This document shows, one piece after another, positions 46,630-58,474 of a DNA stretch of 64,000 bases (the first letter of the stretch is position 1; each line of letters begins with the position of its first letter). Source of the stretch: Callorhinchus milii (lineage: Eukaryota); contig NW_024704742.1 of assembly GCF_018977255.1 (NCBI RefSeq), positions 120,778,001 through 120,842,000 of the forward strand, given 5' to 3'. A program made the position numbers and the translations under genes. The notes under the pieces were generated by a model that was not told the DNA's origin, did no database searches, and was given only the letters and a program-made list of their open reading frames with translations.

Positions 46630-47460
46630 ACAAGATCACAAGAAAGGTTTGCATGGATAAAGCCTTTTAGCCCATTCAATCTAATCCTTCTAGAATACCC
46701 ATCAAACTATCTTGCCATTACATCAAGTTAATTCTTACATGAACCCATAATCCTGGCCTCAATGACAACAATAACTTGCATTTATGCAGCGCCCCTCACA
46801 CAGGTTAGCGTTCCAGAGCGTCAACAACCCTTCCTGCATTTCAATCATTATCTTATGGGTAAAAAAATACTTCCTGGTGTCTGTCCTGAAACAATCCTTT
46901 GCTAACCCTAAATCTGTGCCCGCTTGTTCTGTTGAACTGATATATCTACAAGATTGTTTTGGAGTTACTTTCTCAATTCCATTTGGAATTGTATATTCTC
47001 TACGACACTTTCAAGCCTGAAGTGCTCTCACTTGCCTAATCATTGCTCATAGCTCATTTTTTNCATATTGGAAATCATCCTCATTGCTCTCTTTTGCACT
47101 GGCACTAGGGTCTGGGCCACCCCATTGTGTTACAATGAGCAGAACTGTATGCAGTACTCCAAGTAGAGCCTTACAACATAAGTATTAATTGTGGATATCT
47201 GAATTCACACTCATTTGGCAATATAGCCCAGCATGTATTTGCCTTGCTGCCTCAGAATATTTAAAAATAATGAGCAATGAATCAATTAAAATCTTCTTGC
47301 TCTCTTTCTGGCAACCCATTGGTAAGTTCTATCCTATCCATGGAATACTTGTGCCTCCTAGTCTCACTTCTTATATGCAGTACTTTCTATTTATTTACAT
47401 TGAACTTCATTTGCTAGTCATCAGACCATTTACATACCATATCAAACTGTCTTTGTAAGA
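46630..47460 (-). mobile_element. Old CR1 fragment
   Basis: cagaactgtatgcagtactccaagtagagcc, catttatttacattgaacttcat-like and 3' end motifs. Confidence 0.6.
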
Positions 47461-50400
47461 ACTTCTTGTTATCCCACAGGTCTTAAATCCAAGAATAAAA
47501 CAAGTTTACAGATTAAGAAATAGGTAGTATCTTGAACCTCTGGAACTCTGATTCCAATTGTAGAACACGTAATGTCACCTTTGTTGAGATCAGCTATCTG
47601 AGAAAAATCCAGGGATTAAACTTTTCCACTTTGTATGGCTTTAGCTATTCATTCAATAAATTCACTGAGTCATCAGTGAAGCACACTGTGTTTTTGTAAC
47701 TGGACCAATCCCTCTGTGGATTGACATTCCTTAATTACCCAAAATACAATACTTTCCAGGTGAGCCTCATCAATATACGGCACAATCCTATCTGTTTCTT
47801 CATTGAACACAAAGTAAAGAAATGGAATCCACTGCTTCAGCACTGATAGACAGCTAGTGAAAGGACAGCATGTTAAGTGTGCATCAGTAGAAACCAATTA
47901 ATTTGCTGAGTAGTCAACTGTACAAGTGCAGAAGATCAGCAATTGATAAACTGCAATGTGGCACTGCATTCCAATACAAAGGCAAACCCCTTGTCTAGTC
48001 ACTTCAGTTTTTATTTGAAGTAAGAACAAGGATTGATGGGTATAAAACATAAAGTAGTGGGAAATTAAAAATTCACATTTATCTATGTGAATAGATCAAC
48101 TAAGCTCTGCTGCGTCCAGAGGTACAATCTTCTTCAGAAGAGAAAAGCAGTGAGGGATTGCACAGCACATGAACTTGGAGAATATTTCAACAATCCAGTG
48201 AGGCATATTCTGACATTGATAGTCCCACACACTGAGGTGTGAAATGCCAGACTTGTTGGAATTTAGTGTTCTTATCTGCTTGACAGTCTTTTATCATGTG
48301 TGGGCGGAATTTAATGACTGGCTGAGTATCATGCTGCCAAAAATCTTGTAGGAGTCTTCTAATGATTGTATGATCAATATCTCTTATTTTCTTTTATCAT
48401 AGTGATATAGATTCACTGGGGTCATGCTGCAGAGAGTGCTGCAGACGGAATTTATAACTTCCATGAATAAAGATCAAAAGAGCATTTTAAAAAAAGCATG
48501 AGGCTGCTAACAGAAAATGGCAGCTTCTATGTTAGGTTCAAATGTATATGTATAATAATCATTTGAATGCTTCGGTTTCTGAGAATAAACCTACTTACTC
48601 ATTGCATGTTTTGTTTACCTCAATCTCATTCAAATGTAAGTTTCTATAAGCAATATTTTTAATAGCATGGACTGGTAGTTGTGCAAACAACACACAACTT
48701 GCTGTGGAAATAATATTGAGGCATTTTACACAAACAAAGTGTTTGCCTACTTTGCAAATGTGTGATTCAATCTTTGTACAACAACAAAGCTGATGCTGTC
48801 AGAGAAGTTTATTTGTACATCAGTGAATGAACATCATTGTCCTGATTGTTAAACAATTTTGAAAATGGCAACAGCTGTTAGCAGATTTAATTTTAGCACT
48901 TTATTATTGATTTTCTCATTCTGCAAATCTGTTGTTGTTACCTTGGTAGAGGTAGATTGGTCTATGCAGCAGTGAGGTTTGCACAAGACTTTTTGCCATT
49001 TACTGCTTGAAGCAGATGTGTGCTTCCGATGAGACAATTTGTAAGCATCATTCCTTGGGTAATATTTATTTTTCTTACCGGTTTCTGCTTTTCTGCCCTG
49101 AAGGCACTGACTTGCTGTGGTACTGCAGCACCCAGAATCATTCCTGTGTGAATTGCACTATATAAATGCAAATTGTTATTGCAGTTATTGGCTGTTCTTT
49201 AACACCTCGTTCCACTGTTCCGTGTTTGAGCCTTGGATATTCAACCTGGGGTGCATAATAGTCAATGACAATGCCGTTCCCACCCAACACCCACGTACAC
49301 ATACTTTCCATCAGAGGTCACTGTACTATGATCAGAAGCTCCTGACTTTGCTACCTTTTTAGCTAGCATTTTGACCCTTCCAACTATTAGTACATCAGGA
49401 CCCAGGTTCTTGAAAGAAAGAACAACAACTTGCTTTATAGAGTGCGCTTCATGTAGGATAAAAAATGAGTGAAATAATAAACTGGTATTAATATTCCACC
49501 AATAAATAACCACTTCTGTATGTAGGTACCAGATGTCTATGTCTCTTGGGTGATCTCAACTTCAACTGAGATGACGATTTGTTCTTTGTTCTGCCTTGTC
49601 TAAATCTCTCTTTGAGTCCTCTTGTGTTTTGGGGCATTGGCAATCCCACACTTAATATCAAGGAATATTGAATTTGTGAGCGATGGATAAACAGCTTTTT
49701 TGCTCCCAATTTTTCAATCATTAACTGTGTAAATGAGAGTGATTTCAAATTAACTGAAAGCAAACTATTGTGCAGTTTAAATGAACATGTCAGTTTTGAA
49801 AGTCTCTCTGCAATAAAAAATGGAACACACCAGAGATGTGACATGTTCGGAGGTATTCCCTTTTTCTAGACGGTGAAACACATGTCTGTCACAGGTTTCT
49901 TGTTGACATTTCTGTGACAGATTGAATTTGTCTTTCCACAAAGTAGGTTCTAATCTTCGTCATGTGTTGTGACAGATTGGGAAACATTAAATGTTTTTCC
50001 AAACTATTTTAAATTGGCGTGGAACTATAGAAACGTAGGATGCAGTTGGATGACAGCTAACTTTCTTCAGTTGAACATCAACAAGACCTAGGCCCTCCTG
50101 AATGGCTCCAGTCAGCGCCTCCACACCTCAGGCGCTGACAATCACCATTCATGGATGTACACTCCACCTCGCTAACCCAGTCCGGAACCTTGGCGTCTTG
50201 TTTGAGCTTCAATTATCCTTTCTCCCCCATATCCATGCCATGACCCGCTCTGCCTTGCCCCGAGTAGACTTGGCTGACACTTCAATGCAGTGCAGTGCTG
50301 GTGGTGTTCTGCCTTGTTGGATGTAGCATTCTTCAGGTGAGATGTTAAACAAAGGTCCTGTCTGGCTCTTCAGGGGGATGTTAAAGATACCAAAACACTT

Positions 50401-50596
50401 TCCAAAATGAAAAGGGAGTTTATCTGTGTGTCCTGGCCAACAATTTCCAAATGTAAATTGGTCATTCACTTCCTGACTGTTTGTGGGACATTGCTGTGCA
50501 CAAGTTGGATGCCGCTTGAGCCCACAAAACAGAGTTGCTGCACTTTACAGTGGATCCTGTGAAGAGTTTGAGAAGCCCTCTTGACATGAACTATAA

Positions 50597-50845
50597 CCAG
50601 GCAGGGCAAAACCTTGGGCAAGTTTCCTTACTCCACACGCCTAATAATAATCCCTCCAAAAAACAAAACCAATAATTGGTTATTTTCAATCTACGACTGT
50701 TTGTGGGACACTGCTGTGCACAATTGGCTGCCGCGTTTCGCCCACAAATATACAGTCAATTCACTTTACAGCATATTCTGTGAAGCGCTTTGAGACGTCG
50801 AGAAGACTTGAAAAGTGCTATATCAACTGCAAGGATTATTATTAT
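50597..50845 (+). mobile_element. SINE, short subfamily, 5' truncated, in the tail of a DeuSINE (about 50255-50590)
   Basis: Starts ccaggcagggcaaaaccttgggcaag; a second aaatgcaaggattatt follows at about 50859. Confidence 0.85.
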
Positions 50846-50944
50846 AAGTTGCCAAATCAAATGCAAGGATTATTATTATACAAATACAGGCAGTTAAATT
50901 TAAATTACTCAAGTGTTTCAGTGAAATAGGACTCCCTTTAATTT

Positions 50945-51268
50945 CTTGGTTTACCCGAACCTGCTCGCCCTACCCACCTGCTTACTCCCTTCGCTCAGCA
51001 GGCACTGGCCTGCTTCATATGCCCTGATCTGCCCATCCCACCCATCGGCGGTCGTGCCTTCAGCCTTCATATCCCCTTCCTCTGGAATTCCAGCTGGAGT
51101 CCCTTTGGCTCGCCCCTTCCCACACCTTTAGACATCTTCTCACCCCACCCCTCTTTGGCCTTCCCCCCTCCCAAATCCAAACCCCAGCTCGGGTCAAACC
51201 CTCAACTGTCCAGTCCCTTGGGACATTCTACCGAGGTGAAAGATGCTATAAAAATGCAATTTGTTGCA
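50945..51268 (+). mobile_element. L2 3' fragment
   Basis: ccatcggcggtcgtgccttcagc...ctctggaattcc followed by the L2 tail. Confidence 0.75.
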
Positions 51269-52667
51269 GTTATATTGCTAACCCTAACGCAATGATGGGA
51301 TGTTTCGTGTGGACAATAGATTAGTATGATGATGAGTTTCCTTATGTGACACACATCCTTTTTTTTGGCTGACCAAACCCAAATCATTCCACCCCCACCC
51401 AGATTCAAACCCCAGTGCCTTGGGACGTCCTTCCAATGTGAAAGGTGCTTTATAAATGTAAATTTGTTGCTGTTCTTTGATTTCCAATCCAGACTGATGC
51501 AATGAAATGAATCATGGCAGGAGTAACTCAGTTCTTGAGTTCTAGTTCTGCATCTGGTTATGCTACACCTCATCTCAGTGTACTGGACTGGGTGTCGAAA
51601 GTCAATTAAAATGTTATTAACTCAAATTTTGTTTCGATTTGTTTTGTTTGTTTAATAATGGCAAGCTAAAACTCAATAAAAATTGGTATATCAACACTTT
51701 CTATAAGCAGTTAAGACAAATAAGAAACCTCAAGAAACACAATTTTTCAGCACAGAAAATTGATCACAGATGTGATCAAGATGTGCACCATGGCAATACA
51801 AATTGTATTGATATAATGTTTTGCACATAAAAGAACTCAAAATGCTTCACAAATGTAGTCGAGTACAGAAGCAGGGAAATAAGAGGATTAAATGTGTTGA
51901 CCAAGGGCAAGTCTGGAGAGAAATATGTTTAGGAAGTTTTTGAAGGCACTTCAAAAAGACTTAATGCTGCCTGCTTCTGATCCCCAGATATTCAGTAACT
52001 AATGGGATGCAGTGTGTGCATCATGGAGCTCAAAGAAGATCAATTTACAGGAATATCAAGAAATACTGCAACAAGAAAAATGTACATTTGCATGCAAAGT
52101 TGGCCAAGTAAAATAAATACTGTAATTATCAATACTTCTCTCCATAGCTCTAATTTGAGGAAACAATATTTGTATTTGAATACCCTTATGCAATCTGGAT
52201 GCATCTAATAAGCTGTGACTGATGGTATAGTTGTTATTAGAATCTAGAAATCAGGAAAATAAGTAGCAAGGTAAAGTGATTTTGGAAGAGTTCCAGAGGG
52301 CAATTTTGCAGACTCATCCTCCAATCTTGAGAGGCTATTGAGCATGTTCTGCCAGATTATTAATATCGTTTCCCCATCTTTTCTCCAAACCCATTAATAC
52401 AATCACTTCCTCAGTATCTGTGTTGAGATTGAGTTAAAACACTTCATTCAGTGGAGAATTGAGGGGATTTCACTTTGAACCATGGCTAAAAAATACTGAG
52501 TAAAAAAAAGTGTCAAAAATGTCAGTGCTCCACGGCGCTACTCTGCGTGAAGGGTGCTATGTAATTACAAGTATTTGGTGTTATAATCAGCAAAATTGTG
52601 TGTAGGATCTGATTGCCCACATTTCTAATGTATCCAAGTGTATGTGTGCTTTGTAGTATAGTAGACC

Positions 52668-53670
52668 TGGGGCTCTGTCCTCAGTCCCCTACTGTTTAAC
52701 CTCTACATGCTCCTCCTTGGTGACATCATCTGCAGACATGGGGTCAACTTCCACATGTACACGGATAACACTCAACTCTACCTCTCTGTCTCCACCCTTG
52801 ATTCCACCACAATTGACGTCCTGACAAACTGTCTGTTTGATATCAAGTCCTAGATGAGAGCCAACTTTCTACAGCTGAATGTCAGCAAGACTGAAGCCCT
52901 CTTGAATGACTCGCACCAGCACCTTAGCAACCAAGGCACTGGCAGCATCAGCATCCAGGAATTCACACTCCACCTCACCAAGCCAGTCAGGAACCTGGCC
53001 GTTTTGTTTGACCCTCAACTGTCCTTCTCCCCCATATCCATGCCATGAGCCGCTCTGCCTTCCCCCACCTCCGCAACATTGCCCAACTCCGCCACTGTCT
53101 CCGCCGAAACCTTCATACACACATTCATCACCTCAAGGCTCGATTACGGAAACTCCTTCCTTGTTGGCATTCCCCAACTCTTCCTTCCATAAGCTGCAGA
53201 TCATCATGAACACTGGGGCTCATGGCCTCTCTCGCACCAGGCTCCATGACCCCATCGCCCCCACCCTAGCCCGGCTCCACTGGCTCCCCATCCCTCAGAG
53301 GATAGAATTAAAAATTCTCATCCTCACTTTCAAGGCCCTCCACGGCTTTGACCCCTTCTACATCTCTAACCTGCTGACCTATATCAACCTGTCCGCTCCC
53401 TTCGCTCAGCAAACTCCGGCCTGCTCCAGGTCTCCCGCCCGACCTGCCCTATCATCAGCGACCAGGCTTTCAGCCTCTCTGCCCCCACTCTTTGGAACTC
53501 CATCCCACAATGCTTTCGCCTTGCTCCCTCTCTTGCCTCCAAGGCGCAACTCTAGACCCTCCTTTTTAACTGTGCCTTCAGCCGCCCTCCTGCCCTCTCT
53601 CATCCCAACCCTGCCCCCCACTCTCGGGTCCTGATCCCTGACTGTTCAGCGCCTTGGGACATCCTCCCGA
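52668..53670 (+). mobile_element. L2 LINE fragment, frameshifted
   Basis: RT-derived peptides ([38 protein letters not shown]); the 3' hairpin is cut short at gccttgggacatcctcccga. Confidence 0.92.
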
Positions 53671-54786
53671 AGCTAGCAATTTACTTCCAAATACAACACT
53701 TTTAGTAACTTTGTTTTCTAGAACAGAAACCCTGAATAAGATGTCAACCAAATTTGTAAACATTTTCTGACTGCAGACTGAACAATGAGCATGTTCTGAT
53801 ACCTTGGGGGCAGAGCTGTTCATTGAAACTACAATTGAGGTGATGCACAAGAAAGAATACTATCTAATGTTATCGGCAGTTATAAGGACTCTGACATGTA
53901 ATTTAAAAAAAGAGGTGCCAGATTTATTCTGTAGTCTTTGTGGTTTCCTAGAGATATACTCTACTCTTATGGTATAAAGAGATTGTAAGGCTAACCATCT
54001 TATCTCAACTATGATCATCTTCAAAAGTACAAAAATCCAGCTAGGCCAACTGCTAATCTTTTACAATAATACATTTTTTTACATTTGGTACAGAAGCTAT
54101 CCGAACAAAATGATTCAACCAACTTTCCTGGTAACTATTCTAGCTGTACCTTACTCAACAACAACTTGCATTTATCAAGCGCCATTCACAAGTATAACAG
54201 CTTGGATTGCTTCATAAAGGTGGGACTGAATACGAGTAAATAAGAGCATATCATTGAAGGATTTAAAATACTTTACTCTGTGTAAAGCAATGCTTTCTGA
54301 TGAGGTGTATATAACACGTCTCCCTCCACCCCAAAACTGTGCCTTCTTGAACTCCTCGACTTGGTTATCTGAAAGCTTTGTTTGTGGTTTACGATGTCTA
54401 TTCCATTAAGAATTTTGTGCTGTTTTTGCACGGTGGCTACGGTGAGACTGAATAAGGCAGCAAATGGGTATATTTACTATATTTCAAACTTCTGTTGCTT
54501 CTACATAGCCTCCGAGCCCAATTGTGGTAATTAACGTTCTGTGCACCCTCAGAAGCGCTGCAATTATCATTCAAATGACAATAACAAACTCTGAAAAATG
54601 AGCCTGAAAATCAGGTGCCAACTGTTCTCACAATCTTGCTATTGTTCAGCCTGCAGAGATCATAAACACATTTTAATGGTGGCTTTTGCACGGCATGAAC
54701 ATTTTGACATTATTATAGTACTTATGCCATTGAGATGTCCGAGCTCGGTCTGGCTCAACAGATCTTCACTATTGAGACAAGATGTA

Positions 54787-55054
54787 GGAGTCCTGTAGCT
54801 CAGTAGTTAGAGCACTCGCCTCGCAAGCGAGAGACCTGGGTTCCATTCCAGGCAGTGCGAAACCTTGGGCAAGTTTCCTTACTCCACACACCTGATAATA
54901 ATCCCTCAAGAAAAAAGAACAATAATAAATTGATCACTTCAGTCCATGACTGTTTGTGGGACACTGCTGTGCGCAATTGGCTGCTGTGTTTTGCCCACAA
55001 ATATACAGTCAATTCACTTTACAGTATGTGAAGCGCTTTGAGATGTCTAAAAGA
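54787..55054 (+). mobile_element. tRNA-derived SINE, intermediate subfamily, 3' end lost
   Basis: Head intact; stops mid-hairpin at gatgtctaaaagac. Confidence 0.88.
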
Positions 55055-55354
55055 CTCCGTGCATTGAGGCTTTTGAGATCCCAACTCAGAGTTGAGTCTT
55101 GAGAGGTATGGAGCCGGGACAACAGACTATTTTACAACAAGAGTTGTCTCAGGAGGAAAAATCTTATTGTTGCACCACTTTTACTATGCATTTCTGCGGT
55201 TCCGGAGTTTAGCATATAACAGTGGAGTTTCCACGAACTACAGGTTGCTGCATGTTGCTCACCCCGTCCACCAGAGAGCCCCTGCTCAATGTAGTTTCCA
55301 CCCAAAATCACTCCACCTCTGCTCTCCTCTGCCTTCGAAATCCACCAAAGAATT

Positions 55355-55735
55355 ATAACCCTTGCATTTTATATAGCATATTATGAGGTCATCATATGTC
55401 TCAAACCACTTCACAGGATTTTACTGTGAAGAAATATGACTTTTTCTAGGCAAACATAACAGCCAATTTGCACACAGCAATGCCACACAAACCCCCATGA
55501 AATCAGTGATCAATTTTACCTGAAGCATCATTGGCCCGTGCATTGGGAGAAACTCCCTTCTCTTTTTTGAATAGTGCCATGGGATCTTTAACGTCCACCT
55601 GAACAGCCAGACGTGGCCTCAGTTTAATGTCTCATCTGAAGAACGGCACTTCTATCGTTTTAGTGTAACCCAGCACTACACTGAAGTGTCAGCCTAGAAT
55701 GTGAGTTTGACGAGTGCTTGAACCCACTACCTGAA
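55355..55735 (-). mobile_element. DeuSINE
   Basis: gaatagtgccatgggatctttaacgtccacctgaacag...cagtttaatgtctcatctgaag. Confidence 0.8.
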
Positions 55736-56049
55736 GATCACATCGCTCCAGTTCATATTCCAACTGAGATTAGATAACTCACCTCAGACTTGCTTGGGAA
55801 GTCCTTCTGATGTGAAAGACGCTATACAAATGTAATTTGTATTCCAACCTGAATCCTGAAAGTAATGAAAGGTTCTAGCTGTGAGGCGAGGCTTCAAAAA
55901 TTGGGTTTGTTTTCACTGAACTAGGGAAGGTTAAGAGATCTTGAATATTGGGTAATCTTGAGAAGTTAGTGAAACTGCTCTATTCACACTGGTTGGTAAA
56001 TCGGTTCACCAAGGGGCATAAACTCCTGATCGTCACAACAAGTGTTTTA

Positions 56050-56381
56050 ATAAATAATCCCTTGCTTTTGATAATGTGCTTTATTCCACATCGCCGTGAC
56101 ATCTCAAAGTGCCACAAGAATATTTATTACTGCACAGTGTAGTGACTTGTGTATTTATGGATGAACACAGCCGTTTCCAACAAACAAACATGAAGTGACT
56201 GACCAATTTTATTTGAAGGATTGTCGGTCAGGATAGGGGGGATACCTTTTTTGAGTAGTGCAATGGGATCTCTAACATCTACCTGAAAGGCAGACAGGAC
56301 TTTAGTTTAACATCCCATTTGAAGGACAGCACCTACGACAATATGGTGAATTCCCTAGTAGTGACCTGGAGTGTCAACCTA
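56050..56381 (-). mobile_element. DeuSINE
   Basis: Same Deu-domain motifs, more diverged. Confidence 0.72.
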
Positions 56382-56596
56382 CCGGGGTCTCCAACTAGTC
56401 GATCACTGCAAGGTGGCGTTGTCAGGCGTGATCAAAAAGACATGAGGAAGGAGCAATAGAACTTCGTAGTTATTGAGTCAAATTGAAAACAAAGCCAGAC
56501 ACAGAAAGTATTTCATTAATTTGGAAATGAACAAAAATGTTAAAATTGCGGTAAGTATCACTCCTGCCTCTTATTTTGTATTGTGTATGTGTGAAA

Positions 56597-56609
56597 TGCC
56601 ACCTAGTGG
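56597..56609 (-). promoter_or_regulatory. CTCF core motif CCACTAGGTGGCA
   Basis: Plus strand TGCCACCTAGTGG is an exact fit to the CCASYAGRKGGCR consensus. Confidence 0.65.
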
Positions 56610-56984
56610 AGATCTAGCCTGATCCAACTATGAACTCAAAGTTCTGACTTAGGGAGAGATCAGACAATGTAAAAGGCTACAAGCAAGAAGAAGGGAATTG
56701 GGATTATTGTGGTCTGCTCCAGTGGAGGGACTATTCATAGCAGAGTCTGAATAGCACCGAAGCTGGTAGCACTTTTCTGTATTACTCTCTAACGTTTGTT
56801 TGTCCTTTGTACAGAGCAAACCCTCAATAGGCATGTGTGTGGCACAGATGATGAGCAATAATATACATTTTGCAGATCTCAGAATCAGAATGTCCCATCA
56901 ATCATCTCCAAATATCTTCAGTGAGGATGCCAGGTTATTACTTATGGGGCTCACATGAATTTAATGCACCTTATTTATTTAAAA

Positions 56985-57186
56985 AAAAATGAAATCCTGC
57001 AGATGCTGGAAATCTGAAACAAAAACAGAAGTCAGAAGGTCAGGCAGCATCTTTGGAGAAAGGAAAGTGAGTCAACGTTTTGGGTCCATGACCCTTCGTC
57101 AGAACTGATGACCAGAACTCACTCGCCTTTCTCCATAGATGCTGCCTGACCTGCTGAGTGTTCCCAGCGACATCTGTTTTTGTTTA
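56985..57186. mobile_element. Penelope pLTR fold-back remnant
   Basis: gctggaaatctgaaacaaaaacag...ggtcaggcagcatct...cccttcgtcagaactg is followed by the inverted ctccatagatgctgcctgacctgctgagtgttcccagcg. Confidence 0.8.
57070..57106 (-). ncRNA. Degenerate hammerhead core
   Basis: AGTT-CTGACGA-A-GGGTC-ATG-GACCC-AAAAC-GTT-GACT; perfect 5-bp helix II, GAAA box mutated to AAAA. Confidence 0.5.
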
Positions 57187-57519
57187 CCTTATTTGTATAT
57201 TCTGTTTTTTGCAAAATTGCAAGCACCATTTGTGTGGTTCACATTCACTGTTCTATGCATTGTAGATAAACATTGTGTATGTGTGTTGCAAATTCAATTG
57301 AGGCGTTTAAGAGCTAAATGAATAATTGTCCTTATTGTATAGAGAATTCTGAAAGCTCGGCATTCCTCAGATCAATTCATGAAAAACCTACCCCGTTCGC
57401 TTGACCAAACCACAGCAGGGGTTTCTGATCTTGAGTCAGAACTATGTTGAAAAAGGAACCATGGTATATTCAAGGTCAAGTCCCCTAGTCAATCCCTCAG
57501 AATGAAACACATTTCAGTG

Positions 57520-58309
57520 GCTCTGCTAAACAAACAATTTTATTTATTTTCATGGTCAGTCGTTATTAAAGCATTTGAAAATTCCTCTGAATCTTGGTCA
57601 TCAAATTAAAAAACCCTGCAGAAATAGTGTAGATGCTTGGATTCTCAAAGCAACTCATCTTAATACCTAAAAGATCTGGTTCTGTTCTTTCATCAATTTT
57701 AATTATTAAAAAATTCAAAACGCTAAAAAGTAGGTTTTCCAGGTGAAATAAGGCTGATAAAATGCTGTAAGGCTTTACGTTTGCACATTCTTCGGTAAGA
57801 TAACTCTTGTGGATTCTCATAGTGCTTTTACACAAATTAAATCCACTTTGCATACACAGCAACGTTGATACATTTTGTTAAGATGGTTAACACAATGTAT
57901 ATTAAGCCTCATTTTGTGCATCTGAAGAGGCACTGGCTAAGCAACACCTTTCCCTCAAGAGCTCAACTTTCACCAGATTATTTGTGGTTATAGCATGTCA
58001 AACCACTTTTCAATGCCACACGTTTTCCTGCAATTTTCACAACCTTTCAGTTAAGAATTAAAGAAAGTATTTCCTCTGGTCTTTAAATAGTGTCACATAC
58101 TAAACAACAATGAATTCCCAAACATCTCATTGTGCATTTTGCTTGTTAGCAGCAGATGCCTATCCATATTGCTCTCTTTTTGTTTCTCCGTGGTTTATGC
58201 ATGAGCGCTGTTCACACAGTGAAGATGGAAGCTTTGGTGATGCTTGCTAGAATTGTGAACCATCGCTTTTTATTTCTCTTCTCCTTCGCCCGAAGGAAAC
58301 CGGTTCTCC
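57520..58309 (-). other. IPO11: Probable IPO11 3' UTR
   Basis: Repeat-free AT-rich sequence following the stop codon and ending near overlapping poly(A) signals; end point inferred. Confidence 0.6.
57539..57548 (-). terminator. Candidate polyadenylation signal (overlapping AATAAATAAA)
   Basis: Plus strand tttatttatt; on the minus strand it is followed by TG/T-rich sequence (ttgtttgttt, tgtgttt). A proximal AATAAA also occurs at 58269-58274. Confidence 0.55.
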
Positions 58310-58474
58310 TCACAGGTTTTGTAAAAACTGTTGCAGCTGACGTATAACTTCAGTGTCCACAGTCTCCATCAGAGCCTGGAATCCCTGCTCTCCCATCAAT
58401 TCTTGTTGTGCCTTCAGCTTCTCATAGACAAACTGCTGCAGGGACACACTGTGTACTGGGTCCTTCAACGCAAG
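58310..58474 (-). CDS. IPO11: Importin-11 terminal coding exon (54 aa + TGA)
   Basis: Translates LALKDPVHSVSLQQFVYEKLKAQQELMGEQGFQALMETVDTEVIRQLQQFLQNL*, which I recognise as the importin-11 C-terminus. A phase-0 acceptor CTACAG lies immediately upstream (plus-strand ctgtag 58475-58480). The N-terminal part of ORF 58310..58537 is intronic. No further IPO11 exon recognised before 64000. Confidence 0.96.
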   Translation of the reverse strand, partial: LALKDPVHSVSLQQFVYEKLKAQQELMGEQGFQALMETVDTEVIRQLQQFLQNL

